Source: an uncultured Verrucomicrobiae bacterium (lineage in GTDB: Bacteria > Verrucomicrobiota > Verrucomicrobiia > Limisphaerales > Palsa-1400). Taken from it: a DNA stretch of 64,000 bases. Where the stretch lies: assembly GCA_963702845.1 (NCBI GenBank), contig OY969763.1:640001-704000 (forward strand). The letters are read 5' to 3'. The translations under genes were made by a program, and so were the position numbers. The notes under the pieces were generated by a model. It was not told the DNA's origin. It saw nothing but the letters and a program-made list of their open reading frames with translations, and made no database searches. Of this stretch, positions 39,901 through 53,172 are shown one piece after another (position 1 is the stretch's first letter; every line of letters begins with the position of its first letter).

Positions 39901-42900
39901 CATTTTTTGCGCGGTTGCGGTTTTCACTCGATTGAGTTCGATGGCGCAGGAAGTGCATGACCAAGCGGTCGTGCTCAACGCCGCGTCACCGATCGCGAAT
40001 TCATTGGCGGATGATATTCGAATCGCCGGTTACGACGTGCGCACCGCGGACGCTCCCGCATTGAGCGACGCCACATTAAAAGGTGTTTCGCTGCTCGTCG
40101 TGCCGGATGGGCGTTCTTTGCCGGATAGTGCGGCCAAACCAATCGAAAAATTTCTCAACGCGGGCGGCCATCTAATCGCTGCAGGATTGCCGGGTTGGCA
40201 AAACTCCACCACGAGTCCGACGAACCTGCCGTACATCGAAGGATTTTCGCCGAATTACATTTTCTATCCTGTAAGTGGTGATGTGTTGGTGTCGACGCCT
40301 GCGGAAATTGCTTTGGTGACGTCGATCGCGAAACCAATTCCGCTGGTGAATGGTGGCAGTCTTTCGGCGATGCATCCGCGGCCGCGTAGCGTTGGTTATA
40401 ACCAGAAGCGCGCATGGCGATGGCAGCCGATATTGGAAGCGCGTTCGAAGGACGGTGATTATCGCGGGGCGATAGCTGCGCTGGTCATTCACTTCGACGG
40501 CAAAATGCGAGGGGCGATGGTCGCGGGTTTCACGCCGACTGACGCGCGGTTTTATCAACAGCCGGAAGTGCGACGTGTCATTCGCGAATTGGCCGTTGAT
40601 ATGCAACGCGGCGTTTTTATGCGTGAGGGCGGGAGCGAGTTTTTCACCGTGTTTCAAGACCAGACGTTCAATTGCGGCGTGCGTGCGGCCAATTTAGGCA
40701 AACTAGTGCAGCCGAGCCTGACTGCGAGGATTCAGATTTTGATCGGCAAGAAAACGGTCCATTCCTTTTCGTATGATTGGGCATTGGGCGGCGGTGAGGA
40801 AAAGAATTTCGAGCAGCCGTGCAAGTCTGAGATTTGGCCTAAACACGGTATGCAGGTCGTCGCTGAATTGCTGAGTGATGGAAAGGTTATCGATCGGTTC
40901 ACGCATGATCTTCATTCATGGACGCCGAAAGAGACGAAGAATTTTATCACGATTACGAACGGACACTTCGAACTGAAAGGCAAACGTTGGAAGGTTAATG
41001 GCGTCAATTACATGCCGTCTTCCGGTATCGCCATGGCAGAAGTGTATTACTTCGAATATTGGCTGGATCGCGGCTCTTACGATCCGGAAGTTATTGAACG
41101 CGATTTGACGCGCATTGAGAAGATGGGGATGAATGCGGTCAGCATTTTTATTTATCACGAATCGATGAAAGCGCAGCACTTGCTGGATTTTCTGCGCCGT
41201 TGCGATGCGCATAAGCTGCATGTGAACCAATCACTGCGTCCGGGCACGCCGCTCAGTTTTAATTGGACGAAGATGAAGGAGTTGATCGAGTTCTATCACA
41301 TGCCCGAGAACGATACGATTTTCGCCTATGATCTGGCGTGGGAACCGAATTTTGGCAATCAGGCTGAACAACAAGACAACTTCGGCGAAGAATGGACGCA
41401 ATGGGTTCACAAAAAATATGGATCCTTCGACGAAGCGGAGCAGTCTTGGGGCTTGCCGCCGGTGTTTGTGGAAAACAAGACGAATGTGCTTAGTGTCCCG
41501 ACCATGCATCAACTGACGCAGAATGGAAACTGGCGGTGGCTTGGCCAGTGATTACCGTCATTTCCTCGACGAGAAACTCGGCGCTGACTTACGGCGAAGC
41601 GCGGCGTCTGGTCAAAACTGTCGATACCAATCACGCCGTCAGCTTTCGAATGACCGAGACCGGCAACCCAACATTTAATTGGGATCAGGTCCTCGCCTAC
41701 GATTTTTACGGCTTGCGCGATGTTGTTGATATCTGGGAACCCGAAGCCTACGGGCGAATTGGTGATTTGGAAAAAGTAAAACCGGGCCGTTTCGAGCGCG
41801 ACTACGCACGTCTGTGCGATCCGGCCGAAGCCGTTCGTGTGGGCGGAAATGGGCGAGACAGTTTGGGATCGTGTCAACATGCGCGAGAACGCGGATCGCG
41901 TTGCTTTCGAAGGTCCGTGGTGCCGCAATTTTTACAAAATGATGGAGCAGTCCGGCGACTGATGGCGTGTTTTTCTGGTGGTATCCCGGCGGATTCCGGC
42001 TTAACGAAAAGAGTGATTTCGGAATCATCAACCCGACGGCACGGACCGCCCATTCTCGCGCGCGATTCGCGAAGAAGGACTGAGGTTTCTAAAAGCCGGC
42101 GATCCGCCGAAACCAAATTACCCATCGCGATCGATCGCGACGTGACGCGCGTGGGATTTTCGGCGTTTACCAAGACGTCAAAAGACGAATATTGGCGCGC
42201 CATCGACGAAGGCAAGACACCGAAGTTGGATTGGCAACATAGACCAGGGGAAGGACTGGCGATATCGAATCAGTTGGTGAGGATTACATTTCCGCGTTCG
42301 GCTGCACTGGGCATCTCGAAAGGGCGCGAATTTTTCGCGCGCCAGAGCAATGACTGGATCAATGTCGCAAGTTGGTCGCCACTATTTCGCATCGGTTTGC
42401 CGAACGGTGATTCGGTGACGAACTGGACATTCGGCGCGGAGCCGGCAACGAACCATTGCCAACGTCGCACTCGGCTGAATCGCCGCCGACGCAACTGACA
42501 AGAACGGCGTGCGTTGGAAAGTGTCGTTGACGCGTTAGCTTGGCAGGCCACAAGCAGCCGTTTGCGCGCGTGCATTATTCGTGGACTCCTGATGTGGCGA
42601 CGGAAGTGAAGTCGATTCTGGGGCCGAACATTTACGTCGGCGAAGCAACCGTCGGCGATGCGAAATCGTGGGGACTGTTTCCAGGGTTGGAATATTTATA
42701 TGGCGCGGAGCGCTCGTCGAATCCGCGCGATTTTTCTGAAAAGCTGGCGGATCGGCGCACTCCCAATCCGAACAAAAGTTTCGATACCACTGATGGCTGT
42801 GACTATCGGGCCTGACAGTCAAACGCCGCCGACGAATGCTTCCAAGTTTTTTGCCCCGGATTCGATGAAGGACCAGGCGTTACTCGGCAAAGACAGTTGG

Positions 42901-44644
42901 GCTGCCACTGGATTGAAAACAAATTTCTCGGTTGGCTTGATGTGGAATCCGCAACAGAAGTGGGACGGTGAACACGCGTTTCCTTCGCCGCGTTTTGCTT
43001 CGCCGAATTTTGATGAAGGAAAAACCAATCACCGCATTGCGCTGTTCCTTCCTTCAACTCCGGAGTTCGTTGCTAGAAAACAAGGACGAGGCGAAGACGC
43101 CGTTTGCCATAGCAGCAGGTAAATCGCTGCAATTGGAAGCGATGTTGGTGGTGGAGCAGGGGACGCCAATCGCAGTGTTGCGCAATTGGCTGGAGGAACG
43201 CGGCGGGTTGCCAAAACCAAATAATCCAGCGCGGAGCTTTCAACAGGAACTCGATTTGTGCCGAACTGGTTTTCTGAAAACAATGTGGAATGAACAGGCA
43301 CAGGGTTGGTCACATTGTATCGGTTGGGCGCCAGGAATCGATTCGCCGGGATACTGTTCGCTGTTGTGGATGGATTCGCAACTTTCCACCGAATGCCGAC
43401 GGTCGTGCTGCCTCACAATCGCGCGTCGATCTCGCCGCGAACAGAATGCTGAAGGAACAACGGAGCCGGCGTGTTTACTTGAGCCAAAACCGTTGTCACA
43501 TCATGCAATGGGAATTTCCATTTCTCTACGGCGACTTGCCTGAGGCGCTCCAAATTTCGACGAGCAGATCCGCCAAATAATCCATCGCAGCAGATCGAAT
43601 GGTCGCTTGGTTCGTTGAGCTCGGAAAAAAGCCGAACGAAAAAGCCTCGGGATTGGAAGGCGATTCGGTGCTCGGCACGTGCGCTGAATGCGAGCTGAAG
43701 CGTTGATGCGTTATGCGCGGATCACCGGTGATCGCGAAGCGCAGGCAGCAGGGGAACGAGCATTGGCGTTCATGGAATCATTCCGTGTGCCGCGCGGCGC
43801 ACAAGGTTGGGAATGCCCTGTTTATGAACCGGATATTTTAGCGCTGGTTACGCGGTGCGCGCGTATGACGAAGCGTTTCGCGCGACGGGAAATGATCGCT
43901 GGTTGCAGGACGCAGTGTATTGGGCCGAGACTGGTGTGCCATTTATATATCTATGGTCGTTGCCGGATCGCCCGATGATGCTCGGCGCGACGTTGCCTGT
44001 GTTCGGAAGCACGTTTTACACGCATTCAGCTGGCTGGCGATGCCGGTGCAATGGAATGGTCTGGTTTATTCCTATGCTGTGTCGCACTTGGCCGATGATT
44101 TAAAACAGCATGTGCTTTCGAAAACCAATTCGCCGCTGCCGATCCAATTGGATTTCACGCCGGAAATTGGAAACGCATTGTTCGAACTGATTACCGTCAG
44201 CGGCGAATACCAACAGTTTCCTGACGGCGAAAAGCCGGCGCGTATCCGGATAGCATTTCAGATTTCAAGACTCGCAATCAGCCATTCCTCAATCCCTGAG
44301 GACATTTTGGTCAATCGCCTCGCATTGAAGGTCAGGATCCGGACATTAAGACAGCACGAATCGATCACGCGCTTGTCAGTTCAGGCGCGACGATTGAGCG
44401 AGTTCAAGGAGACAACGTCATGGCATTAAGTTTGGTTTGAGATTCTTTGTCCGGTCAAAACAGTCATAGTTTTATGACTGGTTTCAGGCCAACGGAAATT
44501 GTCGTGAACGGCAAAAAACTTCCGGAAAGTGGCACGCCTATCAGACGCGAAACGGGCTGGTGGTGGGACCGCGTGCATCGTCGAGCCTATTTTACCGTGC
44601 CGCACGAACGTGCGGAGATGAAAATCGAAATCAAGCAGCAGTAG
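39887..44644 (+). CDS. Very large secreted multidomain protein (GH-A-like TIM barrel plus C-terminal region); many frameshifts; could be two genes
   Basis: Signal peptide; NGVNYMP, YDPEVIERDL, AYDLAWEP; a chain of coding-like fragments extends to 44644. Confidence 0.6.
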
Positions 44645-44693
44645 AATAGAAACTGGCACTCGTTCGTCCATCCTATAGATTGAGTCGATTGTT

Positions 44694-46132
44694 ATGACCG
44701 AATGCCACATCCCAGCGCTGCGACGCGGACGGCCTTACGAAAGTTTGGATAAGTCCAATGTCGTCGATTGCCGTTCTGGCGCGGTGCTGGCGACGGTCAG
44801 CCAGGTCAACGCAGGAATCATTCGCAAAGACCTCGCGCGCGTTGCGGAGAGCCGGGCTGCGCTGAAGAAGTTTTCCGTCTCGCAACTCATCGAAATTTGC
44901 GCAAGGGCAGGGGAGCAGTTCGTCAATGGAACATTGCCGCTCGGCGACAACGGCGCAGACGCAATCGCCCACGCAATATCTCGAAACACTTTCTCCACTA
45001 GCGGCCTGCCGCATGTCATGGTCCGGCGCAACATGAACAAAATTCATCAAGCGCTGACCAACATGGCCAAGGTGCTCAATGGTCTGACGCGCGGGCTTGA
45101 CCTTTCGATTTTGGACAAGGGTATTGGTGAACAGAATGGCGCCCGCGTCTGTTATTATGCCGCCACGAGAGCCTTGGCCTTGTTATGCCGAGCAATTCGC
45201 CCGCGGTGAATTCGCTGTGGCTGCCTGCGATTCCGTTGAAAATTCCAGTCATCATCAAACCCGGACAAAGACGAACCTTGGACGCCGTATCGTTTGATTC
45301 AGGCGTTCATTGCCGCGGGATGTCCCGCGGAAGCGTTTGGCTTTTATCCGACCGACCACGAAGGCGCGGGTGAAATTCTGCGTTCCTGCGGTCGCGCGTT
45401 GATCTTTGGTGACAAATCGACGACGTCCCAATACGCCAACAATCCGGCGATTCAGATTCACGGGCCCGGCTACAGCAAAATTCTGATCGCCGATGACGAA
45501 ATCGAACGTTGGCCCGAATTCATCGACGTGATCGTTGCTGCGATTTCCGACAATGGTGGACGCAGTTGCATCAATGCCTCGACCGTTGTTGTTCCGAAGC
45601 ATGGCGCGGAAATCGCCGAAGCTTTGGCGAAAAAACTTGGATCCGATTGCGCCGACCTCGCCCGAAGATGAGAACGCGAGGCTCTCCGGTTTTGCAAACG
45701 TCAAAATGGCCGATTACATCGACGCGGCAATTGAAGAAGGATTGCAAACGCCGGGCGCAACGGAAGTGACTGCCAAGTATCGCAACGGCCCGCGGAAAGT
45801 GCAATTCCAAGGCGCAACGTATTTGCGACCGACGATTGTCTTGTGCGATTCGTTTGCGCATCCATTGGCCAATCGCGAATTTCTGTTTCCCTACGCAAGC
45901 GTGGTCGAAGTGCCGCAATCGGAAATGCTCAAACAAATCGGGCCTTCGCTTGCCGTGACGCTCATCACCAAAAATCCCGGAGCTCATCGCGCAAGCCGTC
46001 GAATGCCCATTGATCGATCGTCTGAACATCGGCCCGATTTCCACGATGAACGTTTCCTGGGACCAGCCGCACGAAGGCAACATGTTCGAGTTTCTCTACA
46101 AGCGGCGCTCGTTAGAAATGTCGCCCGCATGA
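44694..46132 (+). CDS. Atypical aldehyde dehydrogenase-fold protein; several frameshifts
   Basis: MPSNSPAVN, IIKPG, HGPGYSK, NGGRSCINAS, EFLFPY, WDQPHEGN; TGA overlaps the next ATG. Confidence 0.8.
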
Positions 46133-47277
46133 TCGCCCCCTTCGATTACCAGCCGCGCACGCGCATTGTCTTTGGGGTTGGCAGCATCGATCGCTGCGGC
46201 GAACTCAGTGCGGAACTTGGCGCGCGGAAAATTTTGGTTGTGACCGATCCAGGAGTGGTAAAAGCCGGGCATCTCGATCAACTTTTCAACTCCCTTTCAG
46301 CCGCGAAAATTCAATCTGTGGTGTTCGACGGAGTGCGCGAAAACCCGACAACGCGCGATGTTGACGCCTGTCTGCAATTGGCGAAGGCGCAGACAGTCGA
46401 TATGCTCATCGGCCTCGGCGGCGGCAGTAGTCTCGATACCGCCAAAGGTTGTAACTTTCTTCTCACTAATGGCGGTCGGATGCAGGACTATTGGGGCTTG
46501 GAAAAGGCAACCAAACCAATGCTGCCGTTTATCGCAATCCCCACAACCGCCGGCACGGGTAGCGAATGCCAGTCGGTCGCGCTGATTGCCGATGAAAAAA
46601 CGCATGCCAAGATGGCCTGCGGAGATCATAAGGCTGCCGCGCGCATCGCGATTCTCGACCCGGCATTAACAATTTCGCAGCCCGCACGCGTGACGGCTTG
46701 CACCGGCATCGATGCCCTGTCGCATGCGCTCGAATCGGCTGTGACGCGCAAACGAACTTCGCTCTCGCTCGCCTTTTCGCGCGAAGCGTTTCGTTTATGT
46801 GCAGAAAGTTTGCCGAGGATTTTTCGCAATCCGAAAGATATCGAAGCGCGTGCAAATATGCTGCTTGGTGCGGCGTTCGCCGGAATCGCGATTGAAAACA
46901 GCATGCTCGGTGCGGCGCATTCAGGAGCGAATCCATTGACGGCTCATTTCAACGTCATCCATGGACAAGCTGTCGGGATGATATTGCCGGCGATTGTGCA
47001 GTTTAATTCTGCCGACGCGCCAGCGCGTGAGATTTATCAGCAACTGCAACTGCCGGATGGAGCGAACTCCTTGGTGGATTGGCTCAAAGACATTTTGGAT
47101 ATAGCGGGCATGCCGAAGTCGCTGGCTGATTGCGGAGTGGATAGTTCAGCTATTCCAATGTTGTCGGCAGAAGCGGCGAAGCAATGGACTGCGGCATTCA
47201 ATCCGAGAACGATTGCTGCAGCTGACTTTGTGAAGCTCTACGAACAGGCGTTCAGCGCGCGCTGCCGAAGTGTTTAA
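46129..47277 (+). CDS. Iron-containing alcohol dehydrogenase
   Basis: VVTDPGV, ENPT, GGGSSLD, PTTAGTGSE, DALSHALE, GAAH, HG. Confidence 0.92.
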   Translation: MIAPFDYQPRTRIVFGVGSIDRCGELSAELGARKILVVTDPGVVKAGHLDQLFNSLSAAKIQSVVFDGVRENPTTRDVDACLQLAKAQTVDMLIGLGGGSSLDTAKGCNFLLTNGGRMQDYWGLEKATKPMLPFIAIPTTAGTGSECQSVALIADEKTHAKMACGDHKAAARIAILDPALTISQPARVTACTGIDALSHALESAVTRKRTSLSLAFSREAFRLCAESLPRIFRNPKDIEARANMLLGAAFAGIAIENSMLGAAHSGANPLTAHFNVIHGQAVGMILPAIVQFNSADAPAREIYQQLQLPDGANSLVDWLKDILDIAGMPKSLADCGVDSSAIPMLSAEAAKQWTAAFNPRTIAAADFVKLYEQAFSARCRSV

Positions 47278-47931
47278 GAAAGGTATTGAGGCCCTCGTAA
47301 AGTGACGTCGGCGTCTTTAATATTACTAACGAGTGCGTCCTTGGACTGAAGTCTTAGATAAACGCCGAAACCCGGTCCCCAGGCACGACCATTCATCACA
47401 CAAGCATCCGTTTTGTTGTCATCCAATTGGCGCAACGCTTTCTCCTGAACCGATTTTTGATCGCCGTCCAATTCGTACTTCCAGCCGACGATGCAGGCGT
47501 TTGGAAACCATTGCGCGCAGATTACCAATGATCTTTGCCGTCGGAACCAACTCTGCGAGCATCGTGCCGTCGCGCGTGGAAATTTTTGCGGATTTAATTT
47601 CGATCAGCTCGCCTTTTTCATCCCGCGTCCATGTTTTGCCGAGTTTGAAATCGCTGACGGCCGCAGCGTGAAAAACGGCGTTGATTGTGGGAGACGCTAA
47701 ATTCTCCAAACGATCGCAGAGATTCTGCGTGCTGGTGAAGCGTTGGATTTTCTTTGCCTTCTGTTCCCCGCACCACGTGGCCGATTCGCCAAGTAGAAGT
47801 TCGACTTCGTGACCGCGTTCAGTGAGGAAATTCGCCAGTTCAGAACCGAGCTTGCCTGTGGAAAAATTCGTCAGCCGTCGCACTTCGTCGAGCGGCTCGT
47901 AAGTCGGACCAGCTGTGATGATGCAGTGCAT
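47274..47931 (-). CDS. coaB: Stand-alone phosphopantothenate-cysteine ligase-like protein (CoaB/DFP domain); frameshift near 47510
   Basis: ITAGPTYEPLDEVRRLTNFSTGKLG, HAAAVSDF, VGWKYE. Confidence 0.78.
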
Positions 47932-47949
47932 AGTGCGCCAACAAGAACG

Positions 47950-47973
47950 GCGCGCGGAGCGACGCGCCCTGCC
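47950..47973 (-). repeat. REP-like hairpin, copy 2
   Basis: GGCAGGGCGCGTCGCTCCGCGCGC. Confidence 0.7.
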
Positions 47974-48473
47974 TAACCGCCAAATTGCAGCCGCGGATCT
48001 TCCTTCAACATATCGTCGAGGTTTTTCCACTGAATTTCGTTCATCGAATCGAACGCATTCAGATAAACGGCAACTTCCTCCGGCGCATACTTGGCCAAAA
48101 GTTTGTCGACAGCAGCCTTCAGTTTGTCATCGGGAACGCTTGGCGGTAGTTCGTCGACAGCGCCTTCCTTATGCGCGATCCCAAGCGCGTCGAGAAAATC
48201 GACAAGCATGTCCTTCTTATGCTTCATCAGCCAATTGCGGATGAGATTCGCAGCAGCCAGTTCCAGGCGCGGCTTCGCAAGCATCGCGATCATATCCGTG
48301 TGACGTGTCGCGCGCGGCATGCGTTCGAAAAATTGTGGGCGAAGTTTTTTTGAATCCGCGACGGCGGCCATGGTGGCGCGATAAGTGTCGCGGTCAGTTT
48401 CATACGCCTTCTCCAAAATACCCGACGCCAGCGCGGGCGACATAAATCCAAAAAGTTCGTGAGACGTCAGCAT
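47973..48473 (-). CDS. Hypothetical helical protein
   Basis: Clean 166-aa ORF in line with the flanking minus-strand genes. Confidence 0.78.
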   Translation of the reverse strand: MLTSHELFGFMSPALASGILEKAYETDRDTYRATMAAVADSKKLRPQFFERMPRATRHTDMIAMLAKPRLELAAANLIRNWLMKHKKDMLVDFLDALGIAHKEGAVDELPPSVPDDKLKAAVDKLLAKYAPEEVAVYLNAFDSMNEIQWKNLDDMLKEDPRLQFGG

Positions 48474-48552
48474 ATACAGCGTGGTTAACCTAGCGAACGG
48501 AAGCTGAAACGCAATAATGAATGGGACAACGGAGGATCACTTCGGCCGTTTC

Positions 48553-50489
<1,937 letters not shown>

Positions 50490-50549
50490 TCATAAAACCC
50501 GAGCGCCTCGAAACAAGCTCAAACGATTTTGCGTTTCATCAAACATTCT

Positions 50550-50577
50550 TTGACACCGGCTGCGGTCGTTCCATGAT
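50550..50577 (+). promoter_or_regulatory. Sigma70-type promoter, probably leaderless
   Basis: TTGACA-16 nt-CATGAT, then 6 nt to GTG 50584. Confidence 0.55.
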
Positions 50578-50583
50578 GCCCGC

Positions 50584-51699
50584 GTGAGATGTCGACTGTT
50601 TTTGTTGCTATTGCTCGCGCCACTGTTTGTCTCCTGTCAAACCGGACTGAAACACTCCGTGACCATGGACCGTGTCGTGGTTTCGCCGGATGGCCACGGC
50701 CTCATTCTCGCGCGATCGCGCGAACCATTTCATCCGTGGGGGTTCAATTACGGTAATCGCGGACGTTTGATGGAGGATTTCTGGAACAAAGATTGGAAGG
50801 TGCTTGCTGCCGATTTTCGAAAGATGAAATCTATGGGCGCAAACGTCGTGCGCGTCCATTTGCAGTTTGGCAAATTCATGCTCGGGCGGAACACGCCCAA
50901 CTACGCCGAGCTTCGCCAATACACCCGACTGCTTAAACTAGCCGAGGACACGGGAATTTATTTAGACGTCACCGGCCTCGGCTGTTATCGCCCGTCGGAC
51001 GTTCCGGAATGGTATGACAACTTCGACACCCGCACGCGCTGGGACGCGCAGGCCAACTTCTGGCGGGCCATTGCCAGCGCTGGAGCAGCAAGCCCGGCGA
51101 TTTTCTGTTACGACTTGATGAACGAACCGTTCGTTCCGGGCGGTCCGCGCAAAAGAGGGGAGTGGCGTTCCGGCAGTTTGCTCGGTGGCTACGATTTCGT
51201 GCAATTCATCGCTCTAAATACTAACAAATATTCGCGTGAAGAAGTAGCGCGCGCCTGGATCGGTTTTCAACGCGCTGCTATTCGCGAGAACGACACCAAC
51301 ACGCTCATTACCGTTGGCATGTTGCCGTGGTCGGAGCAATGGCATTTCCTTTCCGGATTCGACCCTCACAAATGTGCAGACCAACTCGATTTCGTCAGCG
51401 TACACATTTATCCGGACAAGAAGATTCCGGCGGAAGCTATCGAGTGTGCGCGCGAATTTGCGGTCGGCAAGCCGCTGGTCATTGAAGAAACCTTTCCGCT
51501 TTCGTGCGACTCCCCACAGCTCGAAAAATTTCTCTTCGATTCACGCGAATACGCAACCGGTTGGGTCGGCCATTACGACGGCGATTCGTTGGCTGAATTA
51601 GACGCGCTCAATCGTCGGCACAAACTGACGATTAGCCAGGCGATCTACCGTTCGTGGATGCAACTTTTCGTCAAACTGCGTCCGCAGTTCTCGCCCTAG
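50584..51699 (+). CDS. GH5-like glycoside hydrolase lipoprotein
   Basis: FVSC lipobox; GANVVRVH, YDLMNEP, SVHIYP, KPLVIEE. Confidence 0.83.
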   Translation: MRCRLFLLLLLAPLFVSCQTGLKHSVTMDRVVVSPDGHGLILARSREPFHPWGFNYGNRGRLMEDFWNKDWKVLAADFRKMKSMGANVVRVHLQFGKFMLGRNTPNYAELRQYTRLLKLAEDTGIYLDVTGLGCYRPSDVPEWYDNFDTRTRWDAQANFWRAIASAGAASPAIFCYDLMNEPFVPGGPRKRGEWRSGSLLGGYDFVQFIALNTNKYSREEVARAWIGFQRAAIRENDTNTLITVGMLPWSEQWHFLSGFDPHKCADQLDFVSVHIYPDKKIPAEAIECAREFAVGKPLVIEETFPLSCDSPQLEKFLFDSREYATGWVGHYDGDSLAELDALNRRHKLTISQAIYRSWMQLFVKLRPQFSP

Positions 51700-52666
51700 G
51701 AATTCTTGTGCAGGTTAATCTGCGCGAGCACTTTGCACATCGCCTCAAGCCTCGGTGTCGCGATGCCAGCCTTTCGTGCCTGACGCAACGGTTCGAAAAA
51801 TAGCGAATCCAATTCAAGTTCCTGGCCACGTTCAAAATCGATTAAGGTCGAAGCGCGATAATCTGCCATCTCAAGAGTGCGATCGATTTGTTTCTGCGCA
51901 GCGGAATCCTTTATCGCCAAACCAAGCGCTTGCGCCGCGCGAATGGTTTCCTCCATCAACTCGCGCACGAGCTTCGCCCAACGCGCGTCAGTCAGCAAAA
52001 TGTCAGTCGTGAGACAAGGGGTCAGCTTTTTACTGGGATCAACTTTCCCACTGTTCACCGCGTCGTAACCCGCTGTGCCGGCGACTCCAAGGCCGTTGAA
52101 AGGAACATTCCACACCAACTTTTCCCAGTGCGCCTGTTCCAGAACGTCCGTGACTTTGCACGGCACGCCCGATTGCTGAATCGCTTCGGCAATGGCGTGT
52201 GTCCGCGGCAGCGCCGGACCAGCGAATTCGCCCATCATAATCGTGCCATGCGCGATGTGCTGAATTTTTCCAGGAGCGATGCGGTTCAGACAGACAAAGC
52301 ACAACCCGCCCAACACCTTCTCTTTGCCGAACAAGGCCGCCAACTGCGCCTCATTTCCCAAACCATTTTGCAAAGTAAGCACGGCGGTCGATGGCCCGAC
52401 CAGCGGCGATACCAATTCCGAAAAATGCCCGTTAGCCGTCGTCTTCAACCCAATCACTACGAGGTCTACGACCCCAATCTCCTTCGGATCCGCGCACATT
52501 TCGGCCTCGTTGTAAAATCGCCTTCCGCAGTAAAAACCTGCACCCCATGTGCTTGCACGGCATTATAATCCGATCGCAACAAGAAAAGGACATCATGTCC
52601 GGCTGCGCAAAGGCGCGCTCCGTAATAGCTACCAACTGCCCCACAACCAACAACGGCAATCTTCAT
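51696..52666 (-). CDS. panE: 2-dehydropantoate 2-reductase; frameshift near 52500
   Basis: VVGCGAVGSYYG, LTLQNGLGNE, WEKLVWN, STLIDFERGQELE. Confidence 0.88.
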
Positions 52667-52763
52667 TCAGATTCAAAATGCCACATATAGAGTTTGTCCT
52701 ACAAGTCGCTACTGGGGGTGGCATGACCCGTGCTAAGTCATTCTCAAGAAAACAAAAAAGGTT

Positions 52764-53039
52764 ATGCGCTTCAAATTCGAACTCGGCGAAATGGAAAAAC
52801 ACGTCATCGAATATGAGTTCAACCAGTGGTTCGGAAAGCTGACGATTAAAGTCGATCACAAACTCGTGGAGCAATCGACGAGGCTTTTCTCCGAGCCGGT
52901 GCGTCAGGATTTTACGATTACTGTCGGTGTGAACGAGAAATACACCGTGCGCATCGAGAAACAACGCAAGAAACTTTATGGGCAACTCAATCGAGTGTTT
53001 GTTAACAACCGATTGACGCAGTTATATCAGGGGATTTGA
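52764..53039 (+). CDS. Small hypothetical beta-rich protein
   Basis: 91-aa ORF followed by a terminator. Confidence 0.65.
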   Translation: MRFKFELGEMEKHVIEYEFNQWFGKLTIKVDHKLVEQSTRLFSEPVRQDFTITVGVNEKYTVRIEKQRKKLYGQLNRVFVNNRLTQLYQGI

Positions 53040-53095
53040 TCTCTTCCTGGCGGGGGGCTGCTTTTCTTGGTTAGCGGACCCTCGCCCCTCCTTTT

Positions 53096-53127
53096 TCCGG
53101 AACGGCCACCCGTTCCGGATTTTTTTT
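53096..53127 (+). terminator. Intrinsic terminator
   Basis: TCCGGAACGG-ccac-CCGTTCCGGA followed by T8. Confidence 0.85.
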
Positions 53128-53172
53128 GTCGATTTAGCGTAATCGACAGCTGATATTTCCCGTCAAAGCATT

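Noticed and set aside
45535..47277. Apparent 580-aa ALDH-ADH fusion (AdhE-like)
   Set aside because: The ALDH's real C-terminus (WDQPHEGN..SPA stop at 46132) is in another frame and overlaps the ADH ATG at 46129. The fusion is a frameshift artefact.
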